Assembly: GCA_951406725.2 (NCBI GenBank)
Contig: OX597839.1
Span: 5,332,001 to 5,396,000 of the forward strand
Direction of reading: 5' to 3'
From: Octopus vulgaris
Taxonomy: Eukaryota
Length of the DNA: 64,000 nucleotides
How positions within the stretch are numbered: the stretch's first letter is position 1; each line of letters starts with the position of its first letter. Made by a program: the position numbers and the translations under genes. Positions 42,539 through 55,503 of this stretch are shown here, in pieces. Below the pieces are notes generated by a model. It ran no database searches, had not been told where the DNA came from, and saw only the letters and a list, made by a program, of their open reading frames with translations.

Positions 42539-42953
42539 CAGTAACATTCATGATATGCACCAAGTGGGCATAAGTGCAGGCATAGCTATGTGGTTCAGAA
42601 GACGTTTTGCAACAAGGTGGGTCTGGGTTCAGTCCACTCTGCGGCGCTTTGTGTGAGTGTTTTCAAATTTCGCCACAAACCCAGTTACACGCACATATAT
42701 TCATAAGAATACACACATATTCTCTATTAGTGTTATGTAGTGTTATATAACAACATTCAAGCGCTGCCATTATTTATATATTATCATATATAATTTAAAG
42801 GGCTCAATACGTGTATCAAAGCGTTACAAGTAGTTTCGTATGCTGTGAAAATTCAAACATGGCGCAAATAATTTATTGTGCCTTTTAAATAATTAATATG
42901 TCTAGATGGACTACTTGACTACTTTTGTTGTTGAATTCTAGCACGGAACAGTT

Positions 42954-43000
<47 letters not shown>

Positions 43001-43008
<8 letters not shown>

Positions 43009-43129
43009 AGGGATGACCTGTAAGTGGAATTTGCTAAATTTTCTTAACATTCCTTTCTTAGCGGTATGACCATAGCGGATCTTCTTCTTGCATAATGGAT
43101 TTCCACTTACAGGTTATCCCTCTTATATG
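43001..43129. repeat. Inverted repeat (~30-bp arms, ~70-bp spacer) beside (TA)n
   Basis: catataagagggatgacctgtaagtggaa / ttccacttacaggttatccctcttatatg. Confidence 0.85.
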
Positions 43130-43385
43130 TATGTAATATAATTTTTTCTGAAACTTCAGAATGTATGAATGCATATATATGTATATGTAAATGCATACAT
43201 ACATATGCACACACGCGTAATAGTTTATACTTCTTTGTCTTAAACACTTATGTAATCCCAGATGTTGTTCTTCAAAGAAATTGTGTGTAAGTAGATATAA
43301 CTATGTAAAGCATGTATGTATGTATGTATGTATGTATGTATGTATGTATGTATGTATGTATGTATGTATGTATGTATGTATGTAT

Positions 43386-43802
43386 TACTCTTACTCTTTT
43401 ACTCTTTTAGTTGTTTCAGTCATTTGACTGCGGTCATGCTGGAGCACCGCCTTTAGTCGAGCAAATCGACCCCGGGACTTATTCTTTGTAAGCCCAGTAC
43501 TTTTTCTATCGGTCTCTTTTGCCGAACCGCTAAGTGACGGGGATGTAAACACACCAGCATCGGTTGTCAAGCAATGCTAGGGGGACAAACACAGACACAC
43601 AAACATATACACACACACTTATATATATATACATATATACGACAGGCTTCTTTCAGTTTCCGTCTACTAAATCCACTCACAAGGCATTGGTCGGCCCGGG
43701 GCTATAGCAGAAGACACTTGCCCAAGATGCCACGCAGTGGGACTGAACCCGGAACTATGTGGTTGGTTAGCAAGCTACTTACCACACAGCCACTCCTGCG
43801 CC
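43386..43802 (-). mobile_element. SINE family A, full length
   Basis: Reverse-complement match to 41686-42083. Confidence 0.92.
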
Positions 43803-43954
43803 TATTGTATGTATGTATATATGTATGAATGTATGTATGTATGTATGTATGCATGCATGTAGGGAGAGTTTATGAAAAAACAACAAAAGACGAAGACAGG
43901 TGGTGTACAAAACAAACAGATGTATTAGTATAACGCTCAGGAATAGAAAAAAGG

Positions 43955-43990
43955 CTTTTACGTTTCGAGCCTACGCTCTTCTACAGAAAG
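43955..43990 (-). ncRNA. Minimal hammerhead-like motif with non-canonical core (H4), in element 43860-44035
   Basis: Reverse complement cttt-CTGTAGAA-GAGC-gtag-GCTC-GAAA-CG-TA-aaag. Confidence 0.55.
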
Positions 43991-44778
43991 GAACACAGAA
44001 AAAAAAACAAGGAGAGAAACAAGGAGAGAAAGTATTATGTATATAGCCACGGATATTGAGCCCTTGTAAATTATGATACAGCTATTGGTGCCAACAGAAC
44101 AGAGGTAATCTGTGGAATGGTCTGCCGTCTAGTTGGAGGATTAAAATGACATAGCAATAGTCTTAATACTACGGCACCTGTTTGTTGTGCCAGCCAGCGC
44201 AACTGGACATTATGCAATAAAATATGTAAATCTTTGCTGGAACTCAAAAGTCATATAAGGGACTCACATTGCATTATCAATGACTCATGTCAATGACTCT
44301 TTCTAGCCATGACTTTGATCGTGTATGGGTAAACAACCACTATGTATGCATGCATGCATGTACACCGTTTCGTTTCCTTATATAAATACGATATATTTTT
44401 AGTATTTCCTTTATCTTAGATGAGTTCTACTCTCAATGTGTAAATTATTTTCGTTTCATCACATCATCCTATTTATCTATATATCTATAAATATTGTGTG
44501 CATGTGTGTGTATATAAAGAGAGAAATAGAGAGAGACAGAGAGAAAAACAAAGTGAAAAAGAGATAGATGAAGCAAGAGATTGATAGATAGATTGAGAGA
44601 GAGAGAGGGAGAGTACACAGACTCATTACGTTTGTTTCTTTACAGAAGCTTAATATATTTCGCCTGTCCCTTTCATTAGTTCACATGACAATTCAATTAA
44701 CTTGTCAATAGCAAAAACAAAACGAAAAAATACACAATAATACTAAAAATAATGTCAATAATAATAATAATGGTGATG

Positions 44779-44842
<64 letters not shown>

Positions 44843-45206
44843 CAATAATAATAACGGTAACAACAACAGAGAAAAGAACGAAATCCTTTCATCTGCATCT
44901 GTTTTATCCAAGATTCACACTGTTATCTTGTCTTCATAACTTTTCGTTGTTTTTACTTCTTGCTTTTTTTTTCTTCTTTTTGTTTGTGCTTGTGGTGGTT
45001 ATTTTTTTTTTTTTTCGATTTTGTATTTGTTGCCTTGTCTTTGGTTTTTGACTTCTTTTTTTATTATGTTTCATGAGTTGTCTTCTCTTGTACACGTATG
45101 TGTGTGCGTGCGTGTGTGTGTGTGAGTTTGTATGTGAGCGTGTCGTTTCATCAGGAAAAACAAAAAGAATATGATCTCCATTAAATTGGTCTTTTTTCTA
45201 CATGCA

Positions 45207-45237
<31 letters not shown>

Positions 45238-45395
45238 CTTCTTCTTCTTCTTCTTCTTCTTCTTCTTCTTCTTCTTCTTCTTCTTCTCCTAATTCTTCTC
45301 CTCCTTCTTCTTCTTTCTTCCCCTTCTCCTCATCCTTCGTCGCATTCTTTTTCTTCCTATTTGATTCATTTCCTCTCTTCCTTTTAGTTCTACTA

Positions 45396-45446
<51 letters not shown>

Positions 45447-45571
45447 CATTATTATTATCATTATCATTATTGTCATTATCATCATCACCATTGTCATTAT
45501 CATCATCATCATTGTTATTATTATCATTATCATTATCATCATCATCATTATTATTATTATCATCATCATCA

Positions 45572-45605
<34 letters not shown>

Positions 45606-45610
45606 CATCA

Positions 45611-45675
<65 letters not shown>

Positions 45676-46089
45676 AATCATAATTATTCACGGCTGATAT
45701 AGATTTGCAGAATAAATAAAGTGGCCGAAAAGAAAAATGCTACATGCCAGTTATTCCGGCTCTTTATGTTTCGTGTTCAAATGTCGCCTTGGTCAACTTT
45801 CATTTTATTCGGTCGGCGTAAAACAGGACTGACAGAGTCATGAAGCAGACCTGAAGAAAATAGGACATGTCATTGAAGGATTCTCGAAGAGTTCTCATCA
45901 CAAAATTTAAATCCGAAGAATCTATTAGAGTAGATGAAAGCGCTTATATGTGATTTATAAAAACATATGACATGTTAAGAAATATTTATATATACAACCA
46001 TCCAGATCTCTGAAAACCTTTTTTCTAATATATAATATCTGTACATCACCTCCAAACCTTCAAATATATATATATATATATACACACAT

Positions 46090-46147
<58 letters not shown>

Positions 46148-46206
46148 GTATACATATATGTGTGTATATATTACACACAACAAACACACAAACATACAAA
46201 CATATA

Positions 46207-47095
46207 CGTGGTCTGATCAATAAATATCCGGACTGTTGCCATAGTAACGAATCTAAAGCACGTAGAGTAAAGCCGCTTGGCAAAGATTGACCGTGGAATC
46301 TGTTGTGCACTCGCACTGGGATTTACCGTTCTAGGCCACTTCTACTGTTTACAGCAATGCTTGGAATGAAGGTATGTAGCATGTGATCGTAGCATTGACT
46401 ATGACAAGAGAAAGTTTTAATGGTGATACCTGCTTAGAGGCCTACGCAAAGTTGCAGAAAGTGTATGGAGAGGAGTGTATGAGCCGCACACAATTGTACG
46501 TGTGTTTCAAAAGTTTTCCTGATATCCGAAAAAATGTCGATATTAATCAATGTTCTGAGACAACCGCAACCAGCAGTACTGAGAAAAACATCGCAGATGT
46601 GCTTGCAGCTGTGAGGGGAAATCGTCGAATCACCATCCGTGAGTTATCAGGAGGTGTTGCAGATTAGTTGGGTTCAGTTCAGTCCATTATAACTAAAGAT
46701 TTGGGTATGAGACGCATGTCTGCTAAGTTTGTGCCAAGACTCCTTTCAGCTGAGCAAAAAGACACTCGAGTTCCAGGTGTACAAGATTGTGTCCAGATCG
46801 ATGAAAATACTTTTTAAAAACTTTGCGTAGGTCTCTGAGCCGGTATCTCGAAGCTTTTGGCAAAGTTTGATGAAGATTTCCTGCTCAACATTCTCTGTCA
46901 TGGTCAATGCGACGATCACACGCTACACACCTTCCTTCCAAGCACTGCCGTGAATAGCAGAAGAGGGATAGAGCGTTAAAACTTAGTGCGCATGCACAGC
47001 AGAGTTCAAGATCAATCTATGCCAAGTGACTTCACTCTGCATGCCTTAGCTTTGTTACTATGGCTACAGTCCATATACTTATTGATCAGACCTCA
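46207..47095 (+). mobile_element. Mariner deletion derivative with ~210-bp terminal inverted repeats and TA TSD
   Basis: TA|cgtggtctgatcaataaatat … atacttattgatcagacctca|TA; internal HTH remnant AYAKLQKVYGEECMSR…NRRITIRELS and DLGMRRMSAKFVPRLLS. Confidence 0.9.
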
Positions 47096-47101
47096 TATAC
47101 T

Positions 47102-47189
<88 letters not shown>

Positions 47190-47192
47190 GAG

Positions 47193-47242
<50 letters not shown>

Positions 47243-48257
47243 GAAAGAGAGAAAGAGAGAGATATATACAGATAAATATATACATATATACACGTACAAA
47301 TATATATATATATATAGAAGCCCAGCTTATTCCCGCATCTTTATATTCACATACACGTGTGTGCTTATCTATTCATACACACACACCAATTACTTTCACA
47401 GATGCTCTCAAATTTTTTTGACTCTCTTTACGCTCCCCTCCTCCCCTGCCTGTTCCTCCTCCTCCTCCATCTCTCCTTCATCCTCTTCTTCCTCCTCTTC
47501 TTCCCAAAACACCTTTGACGTTTCCTATATGCGTCGACATCTTCTTTTCCGTCTTTCTCCGAAATCACACAATTAAATTGTCAATCGATAGTCTATCTTC
47601 CACCAAAAAGGTAATATATTTGTTATATCTCCTGCATATCCTTTTGAATTCTTCCAATCAGTTGTGGTTGTGATCTATCATAGCAAAAGCTCATTTCCAG
47701 GTACCTGGTCGTAATAAATACCACGTGTTCAACAAACTACCTAGACTCATTGATATAAAATAGCTGCACCAGTAACAACATCAAAAGCCAAGCAGTTATA
47801 GAAATACCAAGACTGAGCAGAATAATAATGATTTTAAACTTTGGCCTAATGCCAGTAATTTCTAGAGAAGGGATATGTCGATTATATCCAACCCAGTGTT
47901 CAGCTGGTACTTATTTTATCTACCCAGGGGCAAGTTGACCTCGGCGGAATTTCAACTCAGATGGTAAAGACGGAAGAAATACTATGGTGTATATAAGGCG
48001 GCGAGCTGGCAGAATCGTTAGCATGCCGGGCAGTGAGTGATTGCAGACAATCTGTATCAGGAATAATACTAATCAACATAATGGTTTCAAATTTTGGCTC
48101 AAGATTAGCAGGTTCGGGTACGGGTTAAGTGTGTTGTGGTGACACCAGTTCTCAATTGCTTTTTTTATTTCATCGATCCCAAAAGGATGAAAGGCAAAGT
48201 CGACCTCGGCGGAATTTGAACTCTGAACGATAAGACGGAAGAAATGCTTCTAAGAAT

Positions 48258-48311
<54 letters not shown>

Positions 48312-49300
48312 TAGTAGTAGTAGAAGAAGAAGAAGAAGAAGAAGAAGAAGAAGAAGGAGGAGGAGGAGAAGAAGAAGAAGATGATGATGATGATGATGAA
48401 GACGGAGGAGGATGAGAAGAAGTATGGTGGGGAGGAGGAGGGAAATGACGAGGGAGGTGAGGAACAGGAGCAGGACGAGGAGGAGAAAGTGTTGGAGGAG
48501 GTGGCGAACGAGGTGAAGAGCTGAAAGTGGAAAAAAAACATATGAGGAAATAAAATCGCAAAACAAAAAACAAAACAAAACAAAGAATATACGCCCCCCC
48601 CCCCGATCCCCCCCCCGACCCCCCCCCCCCCCCGACCCCCCCCCCCCAAAAAAAAACATATATGGACAAAAAACAAAATCAGCATCAACAACAAGAAGTC
48701 CAACAACAGAAAATAATAAACAAACATAAAAAAAATAGCAAAAGCATTATTATCAAGAAGAAGAGGAACAACAACAACAACAACAACAATTACAACTACT
48801 ACAACAGCAATAGCGACATCAGCAGCAGCAGTAGTAGCAATAACACCAGGAGAATGATGAAGTCCTAAAATAAATAGGCAATAAAGCGCGGTCATTGGTA
48901 TTCTACGTGGATTCTGTTCCCGATAGACTCAAATTAAACAGATTCGCGACAGTAAAGCAGTGGGTGCTTTTAATGAGAAGCTATAAGACAATCGATACTG
49001 ATCGATATTGTTCATACTGGAGATTTATCTATCTGTATCAGTCTATCTGTCTATTTATCTGTCAATTTGTTTCTCTATCTATCTATCTAACTTTCTTTCT
49101 ATGTTGCCTATGTATCTATGTATCTATCTATCTATCAATCTATCTATCTATCTAACTTTCTTTCTATGTTGCCTATGTATCTATGTATTTGTCTGTATGT
49201 GTGTCAATATACCTGTATACCTATCTATCTAGTGCTTGATTGATCTCTCTATTTATTTGTGTGCATCTCTATATACGTAGCTACATAGAAAAATAGATAA

Positions 49301-49358
<58 letters not shown>

Positions 49359-49438
49359 GGATAAATAGATAGATAGATAGACAGATAGATAGGTATATAG
49401 ATAGAGATAAATAGATAAATAGATATAGATAGATAGAT

Positions 49439-49514
<76 letters not shown>

Positions 49515-50228
49515 GATAGAGAGATAGGAAAATAGATATATAGATAAATTGACGCAGCAAGCATCAATTTGTATTCAAACAATTGCACACAAATACATAC
49601 ATATATACATACATACAGATACTTACATGCATACCTACATGCATACATATTTACGTATATATACATATATGTATATACATATGCATGTGTATTTATATGC
49701 ATTTATATTCACACACACACATGTATATATATATATATATACACGCACTCACACACACATGCACACATGCATAACTATATATATTTATACATGCTAATTT
49801 ATAGATAGACACATATATATTTGTTATGAGTCTATTTGTCGATGTATATATATATATATATATATTCACATACATATATATGTGTGTGTGTATATGTGTA
49901 TATGTATATATACGTGTATGTGTGTGTGAGCGTCGTTGCATGTCAAATGTATGTATACATATATATGTGTGCGTATATTTACGTATATTGAGAAAGAAAG
50001 GTAGATGGAAGGATAGAGAGATAAATAGACAGGTAGGCACGTAGGTAGGAAATAGGTAGGCAAAGGAATGGATGGAGGTTTAAATGTATGTGAGGGTTTA
50101 AGAGACGCAGATGTGAATGAATAAGTTCTCGCTAAGCCAAGTCAGTAATAGGATTCGCATTCGATCATACCACCCGATCTTCCCCCTCTTTTGATGCACA
50201 CACAAACACTCATACACACACACACACA

Positions 50229-50281
<53 letters not shown>

Positions 50282-50665
50282 ACTCTTTTTACTCTTTCAC
50301 TTTTTTACTTGTTTCAGTCATTTGACTGCGGCCATGCTGGAGCACCGCCTTTAGTCGAGCAAATCGACCCCAGGACTTATTCTTTGTCACTTTTGCCGAA
50401 CCGCTAAGTGAAGGGGACGTAAACACACCAGCATCGGTTGTCAAGCAATGCTAGGGAGACAAACACAGACATACACACATACTTATATATATATACATAT
50501 ATACGACAGGCTTCTTTCAGTTTCCGTCTACCAAATCCACTCACAAGGCATTGGTCGGCCCGGGGCTATAGCAGAAGACACTTGCCAAGATGCCACGCAG
50601 TGGGACTGAATCCGGAACCATGTGGTTGGTAAACAAGCTACTTACCACACAGCCACTCCTGCGCC
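50282..50665 (-). mobile_element. SINE family A (small internal deletion)
   Basis: Reverse-complement match to family A. Confidence 0.9.
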
Positions 50666-51056
50666 TATATATATATATATACAAGATAAGAAAATGGAGA
50701 AATACATCTAAATCAAATATCAATTACCAGATAATACTCGATCACATACTTTATGAAACCACCACATAAGAGACTGTAGGGTTCAACATAAAAAAGCAGA
50801 ACAAATCAGTGTACATAAAAGTGTACTGTTGTATAATAAGTAGAGTATAAATAAAAAATAGATAAATATAAGTAAATATAAATATAAGTATAGATTACAT
50901 CTTACAGCTGTTTCGGCCATGTAGATAAATATGTCTCATTTTACCAATATTAGCCTTTTATGGTAGGTCATATATATATATATATATATATATATTTATT
51001 TATTTATAGCAAAAATAAATCTCTGAACGAGATGTAAACAGTAACCGCTCGACAAC

Positions 51057-51331
51057 GTAAAGTATACTAGCCATCTCAATATGGCTAACCACTAAGGATG
51101 GGTTTTACTGTAGCTTTTAGCCCCAGGAGATCATCGTCTCCAGCTGGCTTTAGGCACACTTTCTGTGCCTTTATGATATTTGCAAAGGGAGGTCATCCCT
51201 CTCTCGTAAACCTAAGTGATACGCACTTAGCTGACTAAAGCCAGCTGGAGACGATGATCTCCTGGGGCTAAAAGCTACAGTAACACCCACCCTTAGTGGT
51301 TAGCCATTTTGAGATGGCTAGTATACTTTAC
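51057..51331. repeat. Foldback element with ~97-bp inverted arms and a hairpin-rich spacer
   Basis: Arms 51057-51153 / 51235-51331, nearly perfect; adjacent to (TA)n. Confidence 0.9.
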
Positions 51332-51455
51332 ATATATATATGTATATATATATATATAGAGAGAGAGATGAGAGAGAGACAGAGACAGAGAGAGAGACAG
51401 AGAGACAGAGAGACAGAGAGAGAGAGAAACTGAGTGAGAGAGAGATACATCTGTA

Positions 51456-51960
51456 CGAGCTGGCAGAAACGTTAGCACGCCAGGCGAAATGCTTAGCGGT
51501 ATTTCGTCTGCGTTACGTTGTGAGTTCAAATTCCGCCGAGGTCGACTTTGCCTTTCATCCTTTCGGGGTCGATGTAATCGACTTAATACCTATGTCTGTC
51601 CTTGTTTGTCCCCTCTGTGTTTAGCCCCTTGTGGGTAATAAAGAAATAGGTATTTCGTCTGCCGCTACGTTTTGAGTTCAAATTCTGCCGAAGTCGACTC
51701 AGCCTTTCATCCAATCGGGGTCGAATAAATAAGTACCGGTTACGTACTGGTCCGATGAAATCGACTTAATCCGTTTGTCTGTCCTTGTTTGTCCCCTCTA
51801 TGTTTAGCCCCTTGTGGGCAATAAAGAAATAAAAGAGACCGATAGAATAAGTAGTAGGCTTACAAAGAACAAGTCCTGGGGCCGATTTGCTTGACTAAAG
51901 GTGGTGCTCCAGCATGGCCGCAGTCAAATGGCTGAAACAAGTAAAAGAATAAAAGAAAAG
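51456..51960 (+). mobile_element. SINE family B dimer fused to a SINE A 3' tail
   Basis: Two B units to 51831, then aaagagaccgatagaataag…aagtaaaagaa. Confidence 0.85.
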
Positions 51961-52022
51961 AAAAAATACATAAGTGGTTTATATGCGCCTGTTTAAAAAT
52001 GCTTTACGTCGTTCGTGGATGA

Positions 52023-52606
52023 GGGATCTTTTCAGTTTGAACGGCAGTTTTTTTCTAGCGGTGTCATATGAAATTGTCGCCCATGATTATGACCCTAGAA
52101 TCGATATATTGCATTTCAATCTGTTTTAGGGTTAGGGTTAGGGGTGGGGGTGTCTTTTTTTCTTCACAAATGTAAACAAACCCAATCTGTTTCTGTATCT
52201 TTTCGGTTTGAACGGCAGTTTTTAACATAATTTCTAGGTAACTAAAACATTTTAAACTTCGTATACTGGTAGAATGTGTTTATAAAACATCTTTTTCTCT
52301 TGGCTTTATTGAGAAAATTCTATAGTTTGTATGATATTTGTTGTTTTTTTTCTTCAATTTCTGCGATTTCAACCGATCAATGACGTCTATTGAGGTGAAA
52401 ACATTCCGTGCCGTATGAATATGTCCCTCGTTTAAGAAACAGATAAATACCCTTCCCCACCCCTAACCCTAACTAACCCTAACCCTAACTAACCCTAACC
52501 CTAAAACAGATAGAAATGCAATAGATCGATACTAGGGTCATAATTATGGGTGACAATTTCATATGGCATCGCTAGAAAAAAACTGCCGTTCAAACCGAAA
52601 AGATCC
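52023..52606. mobile_element. Two fused, oppositely oriented copies of the TTAGGG-containing MITE (52023-52194 +, 52195-52606 -)
   Basis: TIR gggatcttttcggtttgaacggcagtttt occurs three times; ttaggg and ccctaa tracts. Confidence 0.8.
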
Positions 52607-52953
52607 TGATTTTGTGGTGCAGTGTGCTCTTTTGTTATTTGAAATGGATACATTCGTTTTGATACATTTTTAGCTGCTATTTCATGCAGTTCCAGCGACA
52701 CCTTAGACTACCATTCAGTAGCCTCACTTTATATCTGGCTGCACTGAAAATACTTCCGACATAACACGTCTAATAGTGTCCAGACTTCCTATTAAATGTC
52801 TGTGAAGGAAATTCTTGTCAACACAAGTGAGTTATATCGCTGAATTTCATACGCATGTATACGTATAAATGCCTATTTACTTATTTATATATATATATAT
52901 GTAGATGTGTATAAAGGTTTGTATGTATGTATGTGTGTGTGTGTTTGTTTGTG

Positions 52954-53002
<49 letters not shown>

Positions 53003-53137
53003 TATGTGTATGTTTATGCTCACTTTGAGGTTTCCGTTTTACGCTGCACTGAAGCTGATCACGAAGTGACAACACTATTTTGGTTGTCTTGAGAATAGAA
53101 GTACACACACAGAGACACACACACATACACACACCTA

Positions 53138-53181
<44 letters not shown>

Positions 53182-53473
53182 CGTATATACATACATACAT
53201 AGATACATATGTGTGTGTATATATATATATATATTGGCCTGCTCGCTTAGCCAGCGGGGTGGCGTCATTTCAAGGCTAAAACAATGCGAAGCGCATTGTG
53301 ACCAGCGATGTGTAACAACATCTGATAGCCTGGTCGGTCACGGTGATCACGGTGATATATATATGTATGTATGTGAGTATGTATGTATGTATGTATGTGT
53401 GTGTGTATGTATGTATGTATGTATGCATGTATGTATGTGTGTATGTATGTATGTGTGTGTGTATTTATGTAAG

Positions 53474-53504
<31 letters not shown>

Positions 53505-54194
53505 GTATGTGTGTATGTATGTATGTGTGTATGTATGTATGTATGTATGTGTGTGTGTATGTATGTATGTGTGTATGTATGTATGTGTGTATGTATGTAT
53601 GTATGTATGTATGTGTGTATGTATGTATGTATGCATGTATGTATGTATGTATGTATGTATGTATGTATGTGTATATGTATGTATGTATGTATGTGTGCAT
53701 GTATGTATGTATGTATACACACACAAACGAACACACGTATAACTGAATGCTTGAATAAACTTGCATTTATGTAATAGGTGCACCTGTTAATTCTCTTTAC
53801 GCATGTGTATACAGCATATGAATATATATGTCACTGCGTATATATGTTCCCTCCCGGAAGACGAAACGGAAAATTATTGGAATACTTCATTGTAAAACTA
53901 ATCATTAAACCAAATAATGATTCACATTGTACGGACGCAAGTCAGTTTGTTTTATACTTTCTCGAGTAAATTCGTGATTGAGAAGCTATAGCCAGGATAC
54001 AAGAGCCGCACATTCCGCATAATTAATTGAAATTTGTGCTCTTTTCCTCAACTGTAGACAAGGCATTTCCATCTGCTTGGCAGCTATACAAAGAATACAG
54101 AGATTTGAAGGCGATGAGCTGACAGAAACGTTAGCACGTCGGGCAAAATAAGGTGATTAAAATCAAAATAAGCAACAAGGATATCCAGAGGTAA

Positions 54195-54286
54195 TGCAGT
54201 ACGATCGTTTCATGCAACTCCATTTAAATGAGCAATGCAATCATTTCATTACATCAATTTAAAATGTAGAGCAATCTTCAGCTGCA
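54195..54286 (-). ncRNA. Type I hammerhead ribozyme motif (H2), in element ~54151-54310
   Basis: Reverse complement tgcag-CTGAAGA-TTGC…GCAT-GAAA-CGATCG-TA-ctgca; palindromic stem III. Confidence 0.8.
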
Positions 54287-54704
54287 CAAAGACATAGAAT
54301 TTAATTAAATTAGAAGGACCGGCCTTGTCACTTGTTTACATTTGCATAATTTTACCTAAAATCGCCAAGAGGATAAGGAGATAGATAAAGAACATTTTTT
54401 ACCAACAACATCATAGTTGTAACTGAAATTGTTTTCAAGAAGACACTGCCTATCACTGATTTTTCTAATATTTAAATTTATTATGGGATCAGTTTTAATT
54501 TATAGATCAGTTTATCAAATCCTACGTTTATATATTTGTTATGCAAGATTTTTTTTTTATGTGAAGTAGTGTGTTGAAACAGATATTGTTATATTTCGGA
54601 ATGGTCATTTTGCCAGTTTAGTCAATAAAAACACACGCACTATATATTTGGTGTTATTTTGCTTCGGTCTTATTTATTTTTTACATTAATCTTAATCTTA
54701 TTTC

Positions 54705-54748
54705 GGCCAGAGTTCTTTCGTCACACTCCTGTGACCGCATCAGTGGTC
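54705..54748 (-). ncRNA. Minimal type I hammerhead motif (H5) with one core substitution
   Basis: Reverse complement gacca-CTGATGC-G-GTCACA-ggag-TGTGAC-GAAA-GAAC-TC-tggcc. Confidence 0.6.
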
Positions 54749-55055
54749 CTTTGTTTTCTTCTTTCTTATTTGTGTCTCTCCTTACTAACCGTCAGCCATT
54801 TTGTATTTCTAATGTATGTCTTTATTTGCGCATGCTTATATCTCTATGTGCGTCTATGTTTATTTAGTGTCTGTGTGTGTGGGGGGGGGTGCTTGTAATA
54901 TTTGTATCTTCTGTTTATATACGTTCATGTAATTTGTATTTTGTTTTTGTTGTTGTTGTTTTTGTTTACTCTTATATTTTGTTCATGTGTTTACATCCAC
55001 TTATTATTATTATCATTACGTATGCTTGTATGTATGTATGTATAACAACAATACT

Positions 55056-55100
<45 letters not shown>

Positions 55101-55244
55101 CAAATCCTTTCTATATTTAAGGCTGAGAGAAGACAGAGGGTAGTGTCTGTTTGGGGTAGAGTTGGTGGAGTAGACAGACATTCTAAATGGCGCAGTCATA
55201 AAACTAAGATTTATTTGAAGCAATGTCATGAGGTTTAGAATTGT

Positions 55245-55503
55245 TTGCTCGTTAAATCAACGTGCATGTTGCTGAGTAGTCCACAAACACATGTACCTTC
55301 AACGAAGTTCTCGGGGAGATTCAGTGTAACAAGTGACATGGCCGGCCCTTTGAATTACAGATACAACTAATTTTTGCCAGCAGAGAAGACTGGAGCAACG
55401 TGAAATAAAATGTCTTGCCCAAGGATACAACGTACCGTCGGGAATTAAACTCACGGCTTTACGATCATTAGCCGAATACCCAAACCACTTAACCAGCTCC
55501 TTC
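55245..55503 (-). mobile_element. SINE family C with tRNA-like head
   Basis: Reverse complement tggttaagtggtttgggtattcggct…gagtttaattccc…ccttgggcaagaca. Confidence 0.75.

Noticed and set aside
52125-52505. Telomere or chromosome-fusion site (opposed TTAGGG and CCCTAA tracts)
   Set aside because: The short tracts are internal parts of two oppositely oriented MITE copies
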